From: Pseudomonas phage Zuri
Length of the DNA: 24,000 nt
Direction: 5' to 3' (one strand)
Sequence record: MK863032.2
Under the pieces are notes generated by a model. That model had not been told where the DNA came from and made no database searches. It saw only the letters and a program-made list of their open reading frames with translations. Shown here in pieces: positions 15,764-24,000 of this stretch (within the stretch, counting starts at the first letter, position 1; the number at the start of each line of letters is the position of its first letter). Both the position numbers and the translations under genes were made by a program.

Positions 15764-18445
15764 ATGTACCATTTGTTCTACTCCGATGAGGAGCGGGATA
15801 GCTATCCCGTTGTCTTCCTTGTCAAACAGATCCGCAAGGATGAGATCCGCAAAGCCTACATCGACCCACACGGCATTGATCCCAATGAAGTGCTGGTCAT
15901 GACCCTTCACTACTCCCGAGACAAGAAGAAGACCCCCGTCAATGAAATGCGGGCCTATATGGATGAGGTCATCTACCCGGTATTGGCCCAAGCCAAGACC
16001 GAGTTTCTGCTGGTCTCGGATGTGGACTACTTCAAGGCCATTACCAAGCTGCCCAAGGCTGAACCTTATCTGGGCTATGCCATTGATTCCGAGCATGGCA
16101 GCTTCAAGGTGATGTATGTGCCCAATTACCAGCAGGTTTTCTTCAATCCTATGAAGGTAACAGCGGGCATCAAGCAAGCCATGGACGCCTTGAAGAACAC
16201 TCGCAAGGGTACTTACGAGGATCCGGGCGCCAGCATCATCCACTTTGCTGAGTATCCTCGAACCACAGAGGATATCCGTGCATGGTTGGTCAAGTTGCTG
16301 GAGATGGACTGCCCATTGACGGTGGACATTGAAGGTTTTGACCTGAAGCACAACAAGGCAGGCATAGGTTCCATCTGTTTCTCATGGAACAAGCATGAAG
16401 GCATTGCCTTCCCAGTGGACTGTCAGGAGATCCAAGGGGCTACACAAGCTCCGTTCCTGCGTAACGTACCCAACCTTGAGGTTCGGGCCTTGCTCAAGGA
16501 GTTCTTCATTGAACTGAGCAAGAAGGCGATCTATCACAACATCGCCTTTGACGTGTATGTGCTGATCTACCAGCTGTTCATGAAGGACATTCTGGACACT
16601 GAAGGCCTGCTTGAAGGGCTTGAAGTGATGCTCAAGAACTGGGACTGCACCAAGCTGATCACCTATCTGGCGACCAACAGCTGTGCAGGCAACAAGCTGG
16701 GCCTGAAAGACCAAGCTCAAGAATTCTCCGGCAACTATGCCGTGGAAGAGATCAAGGACATCACCCGAATCCCGATGGATAAGCTGCTCCAGTACAACCT
16801 TGTAGACGGTCTGTCCACTTGGTTCGTGCATGAGAAGCACTATGGCACCATGGTGCGCGACCAGCAGCTGGACTTCTACAACAACATCTTCCAGCCAGCC
16901 ACCATGGATGTGATCCAGATGCAGTTGACCGGGATGCCGGTTTACATGCCTCGGGTGTTGGAGGTTGAGCAAATTCTGCTCAAGGACAAAGCTTCGGCTG
17001 TGTCCCGGCTGGACATGAACCCCTTGGTTCAGAAGTACCAGTACGAGCGGATCGAGTGGTGGATCACCACAAAGAACGCCAAGCTCAAGAAAAAGCAAGT
17101 CACCATCTCCGATGCCCATGAGGAGATGAAAAAGAAAAAGTCGATTGTTCGGTTCAACCCGAATTCGTCTCCACAGGTCCAAGAACTGCTGTATGAGAAG
17201 CTTGGCCTGCCGGTAATCAGCCTGACGGATTCCAAGCAGCCTTCCGTGGATGCGGATACCCTCAAGGCACTGAAAAACCACACCGCTGACCCAGTGGTAA
17301 AAGACCTGCTCGAAGCCCTGCTGGACTTCGCCAGTGTCGTGACCATCCTCCAGACCTTCATGCCTGCCCTCAAGGCGGCCAGTCAGGGACCGGATGGCTG
17401 GTGGTATCTGTTCGGCAACTTCAACCTTGGGGGTACGGTTTCTGGGCGTTTGTCCAGTTCCAAACCGAACCTTCAGAACCTCCCAGCCAACTCCAAGTAC
17501 GCCAAGCTGATCAAGTCGTGCTTCATTGGACCGCCTGGCTGGCTGTTCATGGGGCTGGACTTTGCGTCTCTGGAGGACCGGATTTCGGCTCTGACCACCA
17601 AGGATCCAAACAAGCTCAAGGTGTACACCGACGGCTACGACGGTCACAGCCTGCGGACTTTCGCGTACTTCCCGGACCGTTGCATCGGCATCATCGACAC
17701 GGTGGAGTCGATCAACACCATTCAGGATCTCTACCCGGATATTCGCTACGAGTCCAAAGCGCCGACTTTTGCCCTGACCTACCAAGGCACCTACAAGACC
17801 CTGATGACCAACTGCGGTTTCTCTGAGACCAAAGCCAAGGGCGTTGAGGCCGCTTACCACGAGCTTTACCACGTCTCCGACGAGTGGGTTCAAGGTAAGT
17901 TGGACGAAGCCAGCAAGGTTGGGTACATTACTGCCGCCTTCGGGCTGCGGGTTCGTACCCCGCTTCTTCATCAGGTTATTCGTGGGGTCAGCAAGACGCC
18001 ATTCCAAGCAGAAGCTGAGGGGCGCACTGCTGGTAACGCCTTGGGTCAAAGCTGGTGCCTGCTCAATTCCCGAGCCGGTTCCGAGTTCATGGCCAAGGTC
18101 AGAAAAAGTGAACACCGTCTGGATATCCGGCCTTGTGCCCAGATCCACGACGCTCAATATTTCCTTGTCAGAGACGACATCAAGACCGTGATGTACTGCA
18201 ATGAGCATCTGGTCAAAGCCGTCTATTGGCAGGATCACCCAGACATCTGGCATGACGAGGTAAAACTCGGCGGCGAGCTGTCACTGTTCTACCCCGACTG
18301 GAGCAAGGAGGCTGTCATTCCCAACCATGCCACCGAAGAGCAGATAGGCGATGTCATCGCTGATCACGTTGCTCGGCTGGAGGCTGGCTGGCCAAAAGTA
18401 TGGCCCCCCAAACCAGATCCAATACCATCAGGAGAGAACCAATGA
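15764..18445 (+). CDS. family A DNA polymerase
   Basis: TVDIEGFDLKHNKAGIGSICFSW (3'-5' exonuclease-like), GTVSGRLSSSKPNLQNLPANS, MGLDFASLEDRISAL, FALTYQGTYKTL, AQIHDAQYF. Confidence 0.93.
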   Translation: MYHLFYSDEERDSYPVVFLVKQIRKDEIRKAYIDPHGIDPNEVLVMTLHYSRDKKKTPVNEMRAYMDEVIYPVLAQAKTEFLLVSDVDYFKAITKLPKAEPYLGYAIDSEHGSFKVMYVPNYQQVFFNPMKVTAGIKQAMDALKNTRKGTYEDPGASIIHFAEYPRTTEDIRAWLVKLLEMDCPLTVDIEGFDLKHNKAGIGSICFSWNKHEGIAFPVDCQEIQGATQAPFLRNVPNLEVRALLKEFFIELSKKAIYHNIAFDVYVLIYQLFMKDILDTEGLLEGLEVMLKNWDCTKLITYLATNSCAGNKLGLKDQAQEFSGNYAVEEIKDITRIPMDKLLQYNLVDGLSTWFVHEKHYGTMVRDQQLDFYNNIFQPATMDVIQMQLTGMPVYMPRVLEVEQILLKDKASAVSRLDMNPLVQKYQYERIEWWITTKNAKLKKKQVTISDAHEEMKKKKSIVRFNPNSSPQVQELLYEKLGLPVISLTDSKQPSVDADTLKALKNHTADPVVKDLLEALLDFASVVTILQTFMPALKAASQGPDGWWYLFGNFNLGGTVSGRLSSSKPNLQNLPANSKYAKLIKSCFIGPPGWLFMGLDFASLEDRISALTTKDPNKLKVYTDGYDGHSLRTFAYFPDRCIGIIDTVESINTIQDLYPDIRYESKAPTFALTYQGTYKTLMTNCGFSETKAKGVEAAYHELYHVSDEWVQGKLDEASKVGYITAAFGLRVRTPLLHQVIRGVSKTPFQAEAEGRTAGNALGQSWCLLNSRAGSEFMAKVRKSEHRLDIRPCAQIHDAQYFLVRDDIKTVMYCNEHLVKAVYWQDHPDIWHDEVKLGGELSLFYPDWSKEAVIPNHATEEQIGDVIADHVARLEAGWPKVWPPKPDPIPSGENQ

Positions 18446-18780
18446 AATCCCCAATAGCCCCACCACCAACCCCAGAGTACGCCACCTTCTGGTCGGCCTC
18501 GGTCAGTCTGGTATTCGTGCGAGCCGATACCCCGGAGCAACCTATCCCAGACAGCATCAACGCCCTGCACATCACCCGTGAGCCGTTCCTGACCAAGGCC
18601 GATCTGGAAGCCATTCAGGTGCATTGCCAGAAGCAGCTGCATGCCAAGGCCCAGGATGTGGAGATCCATGTGCTGGAACTGCACATCAACGCCATCAGCA
18701 ACCTCGGTCGTATGACCAAGGAGCAGTTCTTCGGCCCGGCTGTGAAAGCCGACGTGCCAGCTCCGAGCACCAAGCAATGA
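18442..18780 (+). CDS. hypothetical protein
   Basis: ATG 18442 after GGAGAG, ATGA overlap with the polymerase stop; MKSPIAPPPTPEYATFWSASVSLVFV... Confidence 0.7.
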   Translation: MKSPIAPPPTPEYATFWSASVSLVFVRADTPEQPIPDSINALHITREPFLTKADLEAIQVHCQKQLHAKAQDVEIHVLELHINAISNLGRMTKEQFFGPAVKADVPAPSTKQ

Positions 18781-19265
18781 GTGAAGGTAAGGCCCTGACT
18801 GGGGGCTTCACCAATTACTACTTGGTCAAGGTCGAGCATCCCCAACGGGAGGAGCAACTGCCTTATCAGGCCGAGTGTGAAGACATCATCCGTGCCCTCA
18901 AAATGTCCTTCGACGAAGCCTGCGAGTTCAAGGCCATCTGGCGTACTGCTGCTGCCCGGTTAGGTAATGGCAAACCGGGGCAGAAAGCCCTGTACGACTG
19001 CGAGAAGCGAGTGCATTACGCTCAAGCTTCCCTCCGTCAGGAGCAGATCGCTCAGGGCTTGCAACCAAAACCTACCCCCAAACGTATGGTTTGGTATGCC
19101 CATATTGGGCAGCAAATGCCTGCCGGTCTCGACCCCAGTGACATGGTATCTGTCGAACTGCGTTCCGGTGATGTGCTGGAAGCCAAACAAGCACGCGGTT
19201 GGGAATGGAAGGATGACGGCACGGCTGCTGCCATCGTCAAGTTCTGCTTGGTCCGAAAAGCCTGA
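18777..19265 (+). CDS. hypothetical protein
   Basis: ATGA overlap start; MSEGKALTGGFTNYYLVKVEHPQREEQLPYQAECEDIIRAL... Confidence 0.75.
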   Translation: MSEGKALTGGFTNYYLVKVEHPQREEQLPYQAECEDIIRALKMSFDEACEFKAIWRTAAARLGNGKPGQKALYDCEKRVHYAQASLRQEQIAQGLQPKPTPKRMVWYAHIGQQMPAGLDPSDMVSVELRSGDVLEAKQARGWEWKDDGTAAAIVKFCLVRKA

Positions 19266-19303
19266 ACCAAGGGGGCTACGGCCTCCTTATCACGGAGCAC
19301 CTG

Positions 19304-20290
19304 ATGAAGATCACCAACAACAGTGGCATCTCGTTGGCCATGGCCGTCTGGCTCATGCACGACGAGTACGACTATGTGAACGAGCCGGATTACATCTCGG
19401 TCACTACCCTGATGAAACCGTTGCGACAGATTATCCTGCCTCGACGGATCCCGACCGAGAATCGGGAAATGGACCTGTCCGACCTGATCCAGCGTGCCTT
19501 GGGGCATTCCCTACACGACTCGATTGAGAAGGCATGGACCAACGATGCAGCTCGGACCCGTTCGCTACTGCGACTGGGTTATCCACAAAAGGTTGTGGAA
19601 AAGGTGTTGATCAACCCAACACCTGAACAGCTGAAAGCCAACCCGGATTGCATTCCAGTTTATCTGGAGCAACGGGGCACCATCCAGCTCAAGGTCGGCA
19701 ACAAGGTCTGGACCTTGGGTGGCAAGTTCGACATGGTGGCCGAAGGCATCGTTCACGACAACAAGTCCACTTCCGCCTGGGTCGGCATGTTCGGTGGCCG
19801 AGACGACGAACACAGGCTGCAAGGTTCGTTGTACCGTCTGATCCATCCCGACAAGATCACGGAAGATTTCATCCGAATCGAGTACATCTTTACTGATTGG
19901 CAGAAATTCATGGCCAAGCAGAATCCCAACTATCCGCAGAATCGGCTGGCCAACAAGGACATTCCTTTGCTGGACATCACCGAAACGGAAGGCTGGGCGA
20001 AAAACAAGCTTGCCTTGGTTGATAAGTTCATGGATGCACCCGAAAAGGACATCCCTGAATGTACGCCTGAAGAACTTTGGATGAGTGATCCAAAGTACAA
20101 GTACTATGCCGACCCGGCGAAGACGAGTGGGCGTTCAACCAAGAACTTCGACTCAATGGCCGAAGCCAAGAAATTCATGGCAGAGAAGGGCGGCAAAGGC
20201 ATCATCATCACCGATCCGGGGCAACCCAAACGGTGTGAGTACTGCGACGCCTTTGAGATCTGCACTCAAAAGGACCGTTATTTCTCATGA
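19304..20290 (+). CDS. PD-(D/E)XK nuclease, Cas4/RecB-like
   Basis: LGGKFDMVAEGIVHDNKST (D...xK core), LQGSLYR, C-terminal CEYCDAFEICTQ cysteines. Confidence 0.7.
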   Translation: MKITNNSGISLAMAVWLMHDEYDYVNEPDYISVTTLMKPLRQIILPRRIPTENREMDLSDLIQRALGHSLHDSIEKAWTNDAARTRSLLRLGYPQKVVEKVLINPTPEQLKANPDCIPVYLEQRGTIQLKVGNKVWTLGGKFDMVAEGIVHDNKSTSAWVGMFGGRDDEHRLQGSLYRLIHPDKITEDFIRIEYIFTDWQKFMAKQNPNYPQNRLANKDIPLLDITETEGWAKNKLALVDKFMDAPEKDIPECTPEELWMSDPKYKYYADPAKTSGRSTKNFDSMAEAKKFMAEKGGKGIIITDPGQPKRCEYCDAFEICTQKDRYFS

Positions 20291-22458
20291 TCGACTTGAC
20301 TGGAGTCACCCATCATCCAGTGATTGATGAAATCACTGAGGTGCTGTGTGCAAAGACACAGAACACCAATCGAAATTTCTTCCGGGCTGAGCTGGCTTTC
20401 TTCATCTCGAAGATGGCCAGTTCGATGCGAGCCACCATTATCACCAAGGATCGTGGAGAGATTCCAGTCAACATGTATGTGTTGGCTCTCGCCACCTCCG
20501 GCTTTGGTAAAGGTCACTCCGTCGCTATCGTGGAGGGGGAATTCCTTGCGGGGTTCAAGAAGCGTTTCATGGAAGACACCTTCCCGGTTATCGCTGAGCA
20601 GAACCTGTGGGATATCGCCAATGACAGGGCGATTCGCAACAACACCGATCCTCAAGTGGAATACGACGCTGCCCTAAGCGAATTCAAGCGTGCCGGTGCA
20701 GTACCGTTTACCTTCGACTCAGGCACTGCACCAGCGGTCAAACAGCTTCGTCACAAGCTGCTGATGGGCCGTTGTGGTTCGATCAACCTGCAAGTGGATG
20801 AGATTGGCTCCAACCTTGAAGGTTCCACGGAGCTGCTCAACCTGTTCTTGGAGATGTATGACCAAGGGCTGGTAAAGCAGAAGATCACCAAAAACACCGC
20901 CGAGAACCAACGGGGCGAAGAACTGGATGGCAAAACACCGGCCAACCTGTTGCTCTTTGGTACGCCATCCAAGTTGCTGGATGGGGGCAAGACCGAGGAC
21001 CTGTTCTACCAGTTTCTCGATACCGGCTATGCCCGTCGTTGCCTGTTTGGTTTCGGCCAGCAAGAGCAGAAAGCCCACAACAGTCAGACGGCCAAGGAGA
21101 TCTATGATCGCCTGATTCAGCCGTCCAACTCGGCCATGGTCAGCAAATGGGCCAATCACTTCCACCGTCTGGCCGACCCGGCCATGTACGGCTGGCAGAT
21201 GCAGGTCGATGACCATGTGGGGGTGATGCTCTGGGAGTACAAGATCCACTGCGAAAAACTCGCTGATGCCATGAAGGATCACGAGGACATTCGCAAGGCC
21301 GAAATGAGCCACCGTTACTTCAAGGCGCTCAAGCTGGCCGGTGCCTTGGCCTTCGTCGATCAATCGATGGAGATCGAGGAGGTTCACCTGAAACAGGCCA
21401 TCCTGCTGGTCGAGGAGTCGGGAGAAGCTTTCCAGACCATCCTGACCCGCGAGAAATCGTATGTGAAGCTGGCCAAGTTCATTGCCGACATGGGCAGTGA
21501 GCTGACCCATGCTGACCTGCACGAGGCCCTGCCGTTCTACAAGATGAGCCAAGGTGCCCGTAACGAGATGATGACCATGGCCGTAGGCTGGGGTTACAAG
21601 AAGCACATCATCATCAAGAAGCGGTTTGTCGATGGCATCGAGTTCTTCAGTGGCGAGAAGTTGGCAGAGACCAATCTGGACGAGATCATCATTTCGTACA
21701 GCGACCACTGGGCCTACAACTACCAAGGCACCCCGAACAATCCGAACGAGGTTGTACCCTTCGATCAGCTGCACATGCTGACCCAGGCACCGGGAATGCA
21801 CTGGGCCAACCACCACTTCAAGGGCGGTCATCGGAGCCGGGAGAACGTTGTGCCGGGCTTCAACATGATCGTCATCGATGTGGATGGGGGCTGTTCTTTG
21901 GCCACGGCTCATGAGCTGCTGGCCGAGTACAAGTTCATGACCTACACCACCAAACGGCATCAGACCGAAGGTGAAGACCGCTTCCGCATCATGATTCCCA
22001 TGAACTATGTGCTGCACCTCGACCACGAGGATTACAAGCAGTTCATGGACAACGTTATGGCTTGGCTCCCATTCCAGACGGATGAAGGAGCGAACCAAGC
22101 GGAACGGAAGTGGGAGACCTTCGACGGTGGTTCCTACCATCTCAACATGGAAGGTGGCCTGCTGGACGTACTGCCGTTCATCCCACGCACCAGCCGCAAC
22201 ACCGAGTACATGGACGAGTTCAAGAAGGTCGAGTCCCTCGACAACCTTGAGCGTTGGTTCGCCCAACGGATTGCCAGCGGCAACCGTAACAACCAGATGA
22301 TCAAGTACGCCTTGGCTCTGGTGGACAACGGCATGAGCCTGCTGGAAATCACGGCTCAGGTCCATGCCTTCAACAAGAAGCTCAACAACCCACTGGACAC
22401 GGATGAGATCGAATCCACGATTCTCACCACCGTGGCCAAACGCTTTACCCGTAGCTAA
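20287..22458 (+). CDS. putative primase/ATPase fusion (DUF3987-like P-loop part plus AEP-like primase part)
   Basis: N-terminal LALATSGFGKGHSVAIVEGEF P-loop-like and INLQVDEIGSNLEG; C-terminal MIVIDVDGG...YTTKRHQTEGEDRFRIMIPMNYVL resembling AEP primase motifs. Confidence 0.6.
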   Translation: MIDLTGVTHHPVIDEITEVLCAKTQNTNRNFFRAELAFFISKMASSMRATIITKDRGEIPVNMYVLALATSGFGKGHSVAIVEGEFLAGFKKRFMEDTFPVIAEQNLWDIANDRAIRNNTDPQVEYDAALSEFKRAGAVPFTFDSGTAPAVKQLRHKLLMGRCGSINLQVDEIGSNLEGSTELLNLFLEMYDQGLVKQKITKNTAENQRGEELDGKTPANLLLFGTPSKLLDGGKTEDLFYQFLDTGYARRCLFGFGQQEQKAHNSQTAKEIYDRLIQPSNSAMVSKWANHFHRLADPAMYGWQMQVDDHVGVMLWEYKIHCEKLADAMKDHEDIRKAEMSHRYFKALKLAGALAFVDQSMEIEEVHLKQAILLVEESGEAFQTILTREKSYVKLAKFIADMGSELTHADLHEALPFYKMSQGARNEMMTMAVGWGYKKHIIIKKRFVDGIEFFSGEKLAETNLDEIIISYSDHWAYNYQGTPNNPNEVVPFDQLHMLTQAPGMHWANHHFKGGHRSRENVVPGFNMIVIDVDGGCSLATAHELLAEYKFMTYTTKRHQTEGEDRFRIMIPMNYVLHLDHEDYKQFMDNVMAWLPFQTDEGANQAERKWETFDGGSYHLNMEGGLLDVLPFIPRTSRNTEYMDEFKKVESLDNLERWFAQRIASGNRNNQMIKYALALVDNGMSLLEITAQVHAFNKKLNNPLDTDEIESTILTTVAKRFTRS

Positions 22459-22470
22459 CCCCTGACAGGC

Positions 22471-22501
22471 TGCCAGTCCTTTGCTTGGGTTGGGACTGGC
22501 A
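22471..22501 (+). promoter_or_regulatory. stem-loop in intergenic region upstream of Sak4-like gene
   Basis: TGCCAGTCC (22471-22479) / GGACTGGCA (22493-22501), no T-tract; sits close to the downstream start codon. Confidence 0.5.
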
Positions 22502-22521
22502 AGCCTATGGAGACCCCTCTT

Positions 22522-23283
22522 ATGAGTGAAGATGCAGCACTGCCCGACGATCTGGAAGGCAGCTTGGACCAATTGGTTCTGATCGTTGGCTATTCGACCC
22601 AAGGCAAATCGGCCAGCCTGCGAAACATCAGGAACCAAGAACGCTGGGTCTATCTGGGCACTGAGTCTGGTAAGCGCCTACCGTTCAAGAACAAGTTCAA
22701 CCGGATCAACATCACCGATCCGTATGACGTGATTGCCTACTTCGACGAATGCATCGCCAACAAGGACGATGTGGACGGGATCATCATCGATTCCATCACC
22801 TTCCTGATGGACATGTTCGAAACGCAGTACGTCATCGGCGCTGCCAACACCATGCAAGGCTGGTCGAACTACCAGCAATTCTTCAAGCAGGTGATGCAGC
22901 AGAAGGTGGCCGAGTTCGGAAAACCGGTTATCATCATTGCTCACGTTCGAGATGAGTTGGACGAGAAGAACCAAGAGATGAAGACCGCCGTCCCTATCAA
23001 GGGGGCGTTGAAGAACAACGGTGTGGAAGCCTACTTCACCACCGTGGTCGCTGCCAAAAAGGTTCCCATTAAGGAGCTGGAGAAATACGGCAGCAAGATG
23101 CTGGTGATTACCGATGAGGAACGCGAGCTTGGCTACAAGCATGTGTTCCAGACGCGTATCACCAAGGGTACGACTGGTGAGCGTATCCGATCCCCCATGG
23201 GGATGTTCGACCGTGCTGAGACCTACATCGATAACGATGCTCAGGTCCTGCTGGATCACCTGCACGAGTTCTATGAAGGCTGA
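22522..23283 (+). CDS. Sak4/RecA-like recombination ATPase
   Basis: Walker A VGYSTQGKSASLR, Walker B-like DGIIIDSITFL, VIIIAHV; next to a Cas4-like nuclease and probable SSB. An alternative upstream ATG exists at 22507. Confidence 0.72.
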   Translation: MSEDAALPDDLEGSLDQLVLIVGYSTQGKSASLRNIRNQERWVYLGTESGKRLPFKNKFNRINITDPYDVIAYFDECIANKDDVDGIIIDSITFLMDMFETQYVIGAANTMQGWSNYQQFFKQVMQQKVAEFGKPVIIIAHVRDELDEKNQEMKTAVPIKGALKNNGVEAYFTTVVAAKKVPIKELEKYGSKMLVITDEERELGYKHVFQTRITKGTTGERIRSPMGMFDRAETYIDNDAQVLLDHLHEFYEG

Positions 23284-23333
23284 TCCCTTCTAGGTCCAAA
23301 AAATCGCAAAGCATTGAAGAAGAGAGAAAAAAC

Positions 23334-24000
23334 ATGAGCTTGTTCGGCAACCTGAAATCTGATGGCCTCGAAGAATCCCAAGATCGTCTGGGCGGAGGCT
23401 TTCAGCCTCTGGACACCGACATCTACGATGTGACCATCAAGGCGTTTTACGCCGGTAAATCGGCAGGTGGTGCTCATAACGTCTCGATCATCGGCACCCT
23501 GCCTGATGGCAAGGAATACCGTGAGACCGTGTACATCACCAACAAGAACGGTGAAAACTTCTTCCTGAACAAACAGGACAAGTCCAAGAAGGTGCCTCTC
23601 CCAGGCTTCACCATCATCGACGACATCTGCCTGATCGTCACCGGCAAGCCACTGGCCGAGGTGGACTTCGAAGAGAAGACCCTGAACCTGTGGGACTTCG
23701 AAGCGAAGAAAGAGCTGCCAAAGGCAGTGATGTGCGCTACCGAGATCCACGGCCAAGTGGTCAAGCTGGGCATCTGGAAAAAGCTGGAGGACGTGAACAA
23801 GAAAAACGACCAGACCGGCGAATACGAGCCAACTGGTGAGTCGAAGGAAACCAACTCCATCGACAAGGTGTATCACCCTGAGCAGCTGCTGACCGTAGCC
23901 GAGGCCCGTGCCGGTAAGGATGTAGCCGAGTTCCACGACAAGTGGCTGGAAAAGAACAAGGGCCAAGTCCGTGACGAACGCGAGAACAAGGGCGCTGCCC
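23334..24000 (+). CDS. probable phage ssDNA-binding protein, 3' truncated by window
   Basis: Open frame from ATG 23334 (MSLFGNLKSDGLEESQDRLGGGFQPLDTDIYDVTIKAFYAGKSAGGAHNVSIIG...) to the window edge; position after a Sak4-like ATPase. The SSB call rests on context and fold-like pattern. Confidence 0.6.
   Translation, partial: MSLFGNLKSDGLEESQDRLGGGFQPLDTDIYDVTIKAFYAGKSAGGAHNVSIIGTLPDGKEYRETVYITNKNGENFFLNKQDKSKKVPLPGFTIIDDICLIVTGKPLAEVDFEEKTLNLWDFEAKKELPKAVMCATEIHGQVVKLGIWKKLEDVNKKNDQTGEYEPTGESKETNSIDKVYHPEQLLTVAEARAGKDVAEFHDKWLEKNKGQVRDERENKGAA

Noticed and set aside
17401-18191. Alternate-frame + ORFs (17401-17826, 17844-18191) within the polymerase
   Set aside because: Embedded in strongly conserved polymerase coding sequence with no family-like motifs.
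16382-18253. 623-aa minus-strand ORF
   Set aside because: Codon-aligned antisense shadow of the family A polymerase gene.
20719-22638. 639-aa minus-strand ORF
   Set aside because: Codon-aligned antisense shadow of the primase-like gene; low-complexity hydrophobic and Gln/His-rich translation.
1-24000. CRISPR array, transposase, integrase or retron reverse transcriptase
   Set aside because: No spaced direct repeat array and no protein with matching motifs was seen in any listed frame.

Overview
All supportable genes in this 24 kb window lie on the + strand in a compact, operon-like layout. Content points to the early/replication region of a large tailed bacteriophage, probably infecting a Pseudomonas-like host; the host is inferred from gene content and codon/GC style, not proven. 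Recognisable functions: AAA+ (MoxR-type) ATPase plus an HExxH/VWA-like (DUF2201-type) partner, dCTP deaminase-like protein, TerB-like protein, thymidylate synthase, rIIA-like GHKL ATPase and rIIB-like protein, MazG-like pyrophosphohydrolase, Dda/RecD-like SF1 helicase, family A DNA polymerase, Cas4/RecB-like nuclease, a P-loop plus primase-like (AEP) fusion, Sak4/RecA-like ATPase, and a probable ssDNA-binding protein running off the right edge. Five stem-loops, four with clear T-tracts, look like intrinsic terminators. The most unusual part is the ~410-nt non-coding gap at 4780-5190. It holds a perfect 23-bp inverted repeat around an 89-nt spacer, a third partial copy allowing mutually exclusive pairings, and a 98-nt CCA-terminated tRNA-like fold (5039-5136) with a canonical T-arm but no obvious anticodon loop. 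This is a candidate undescribed phage structured RNA. No CRISPR array, transposon, integrase or rRNA was seen.
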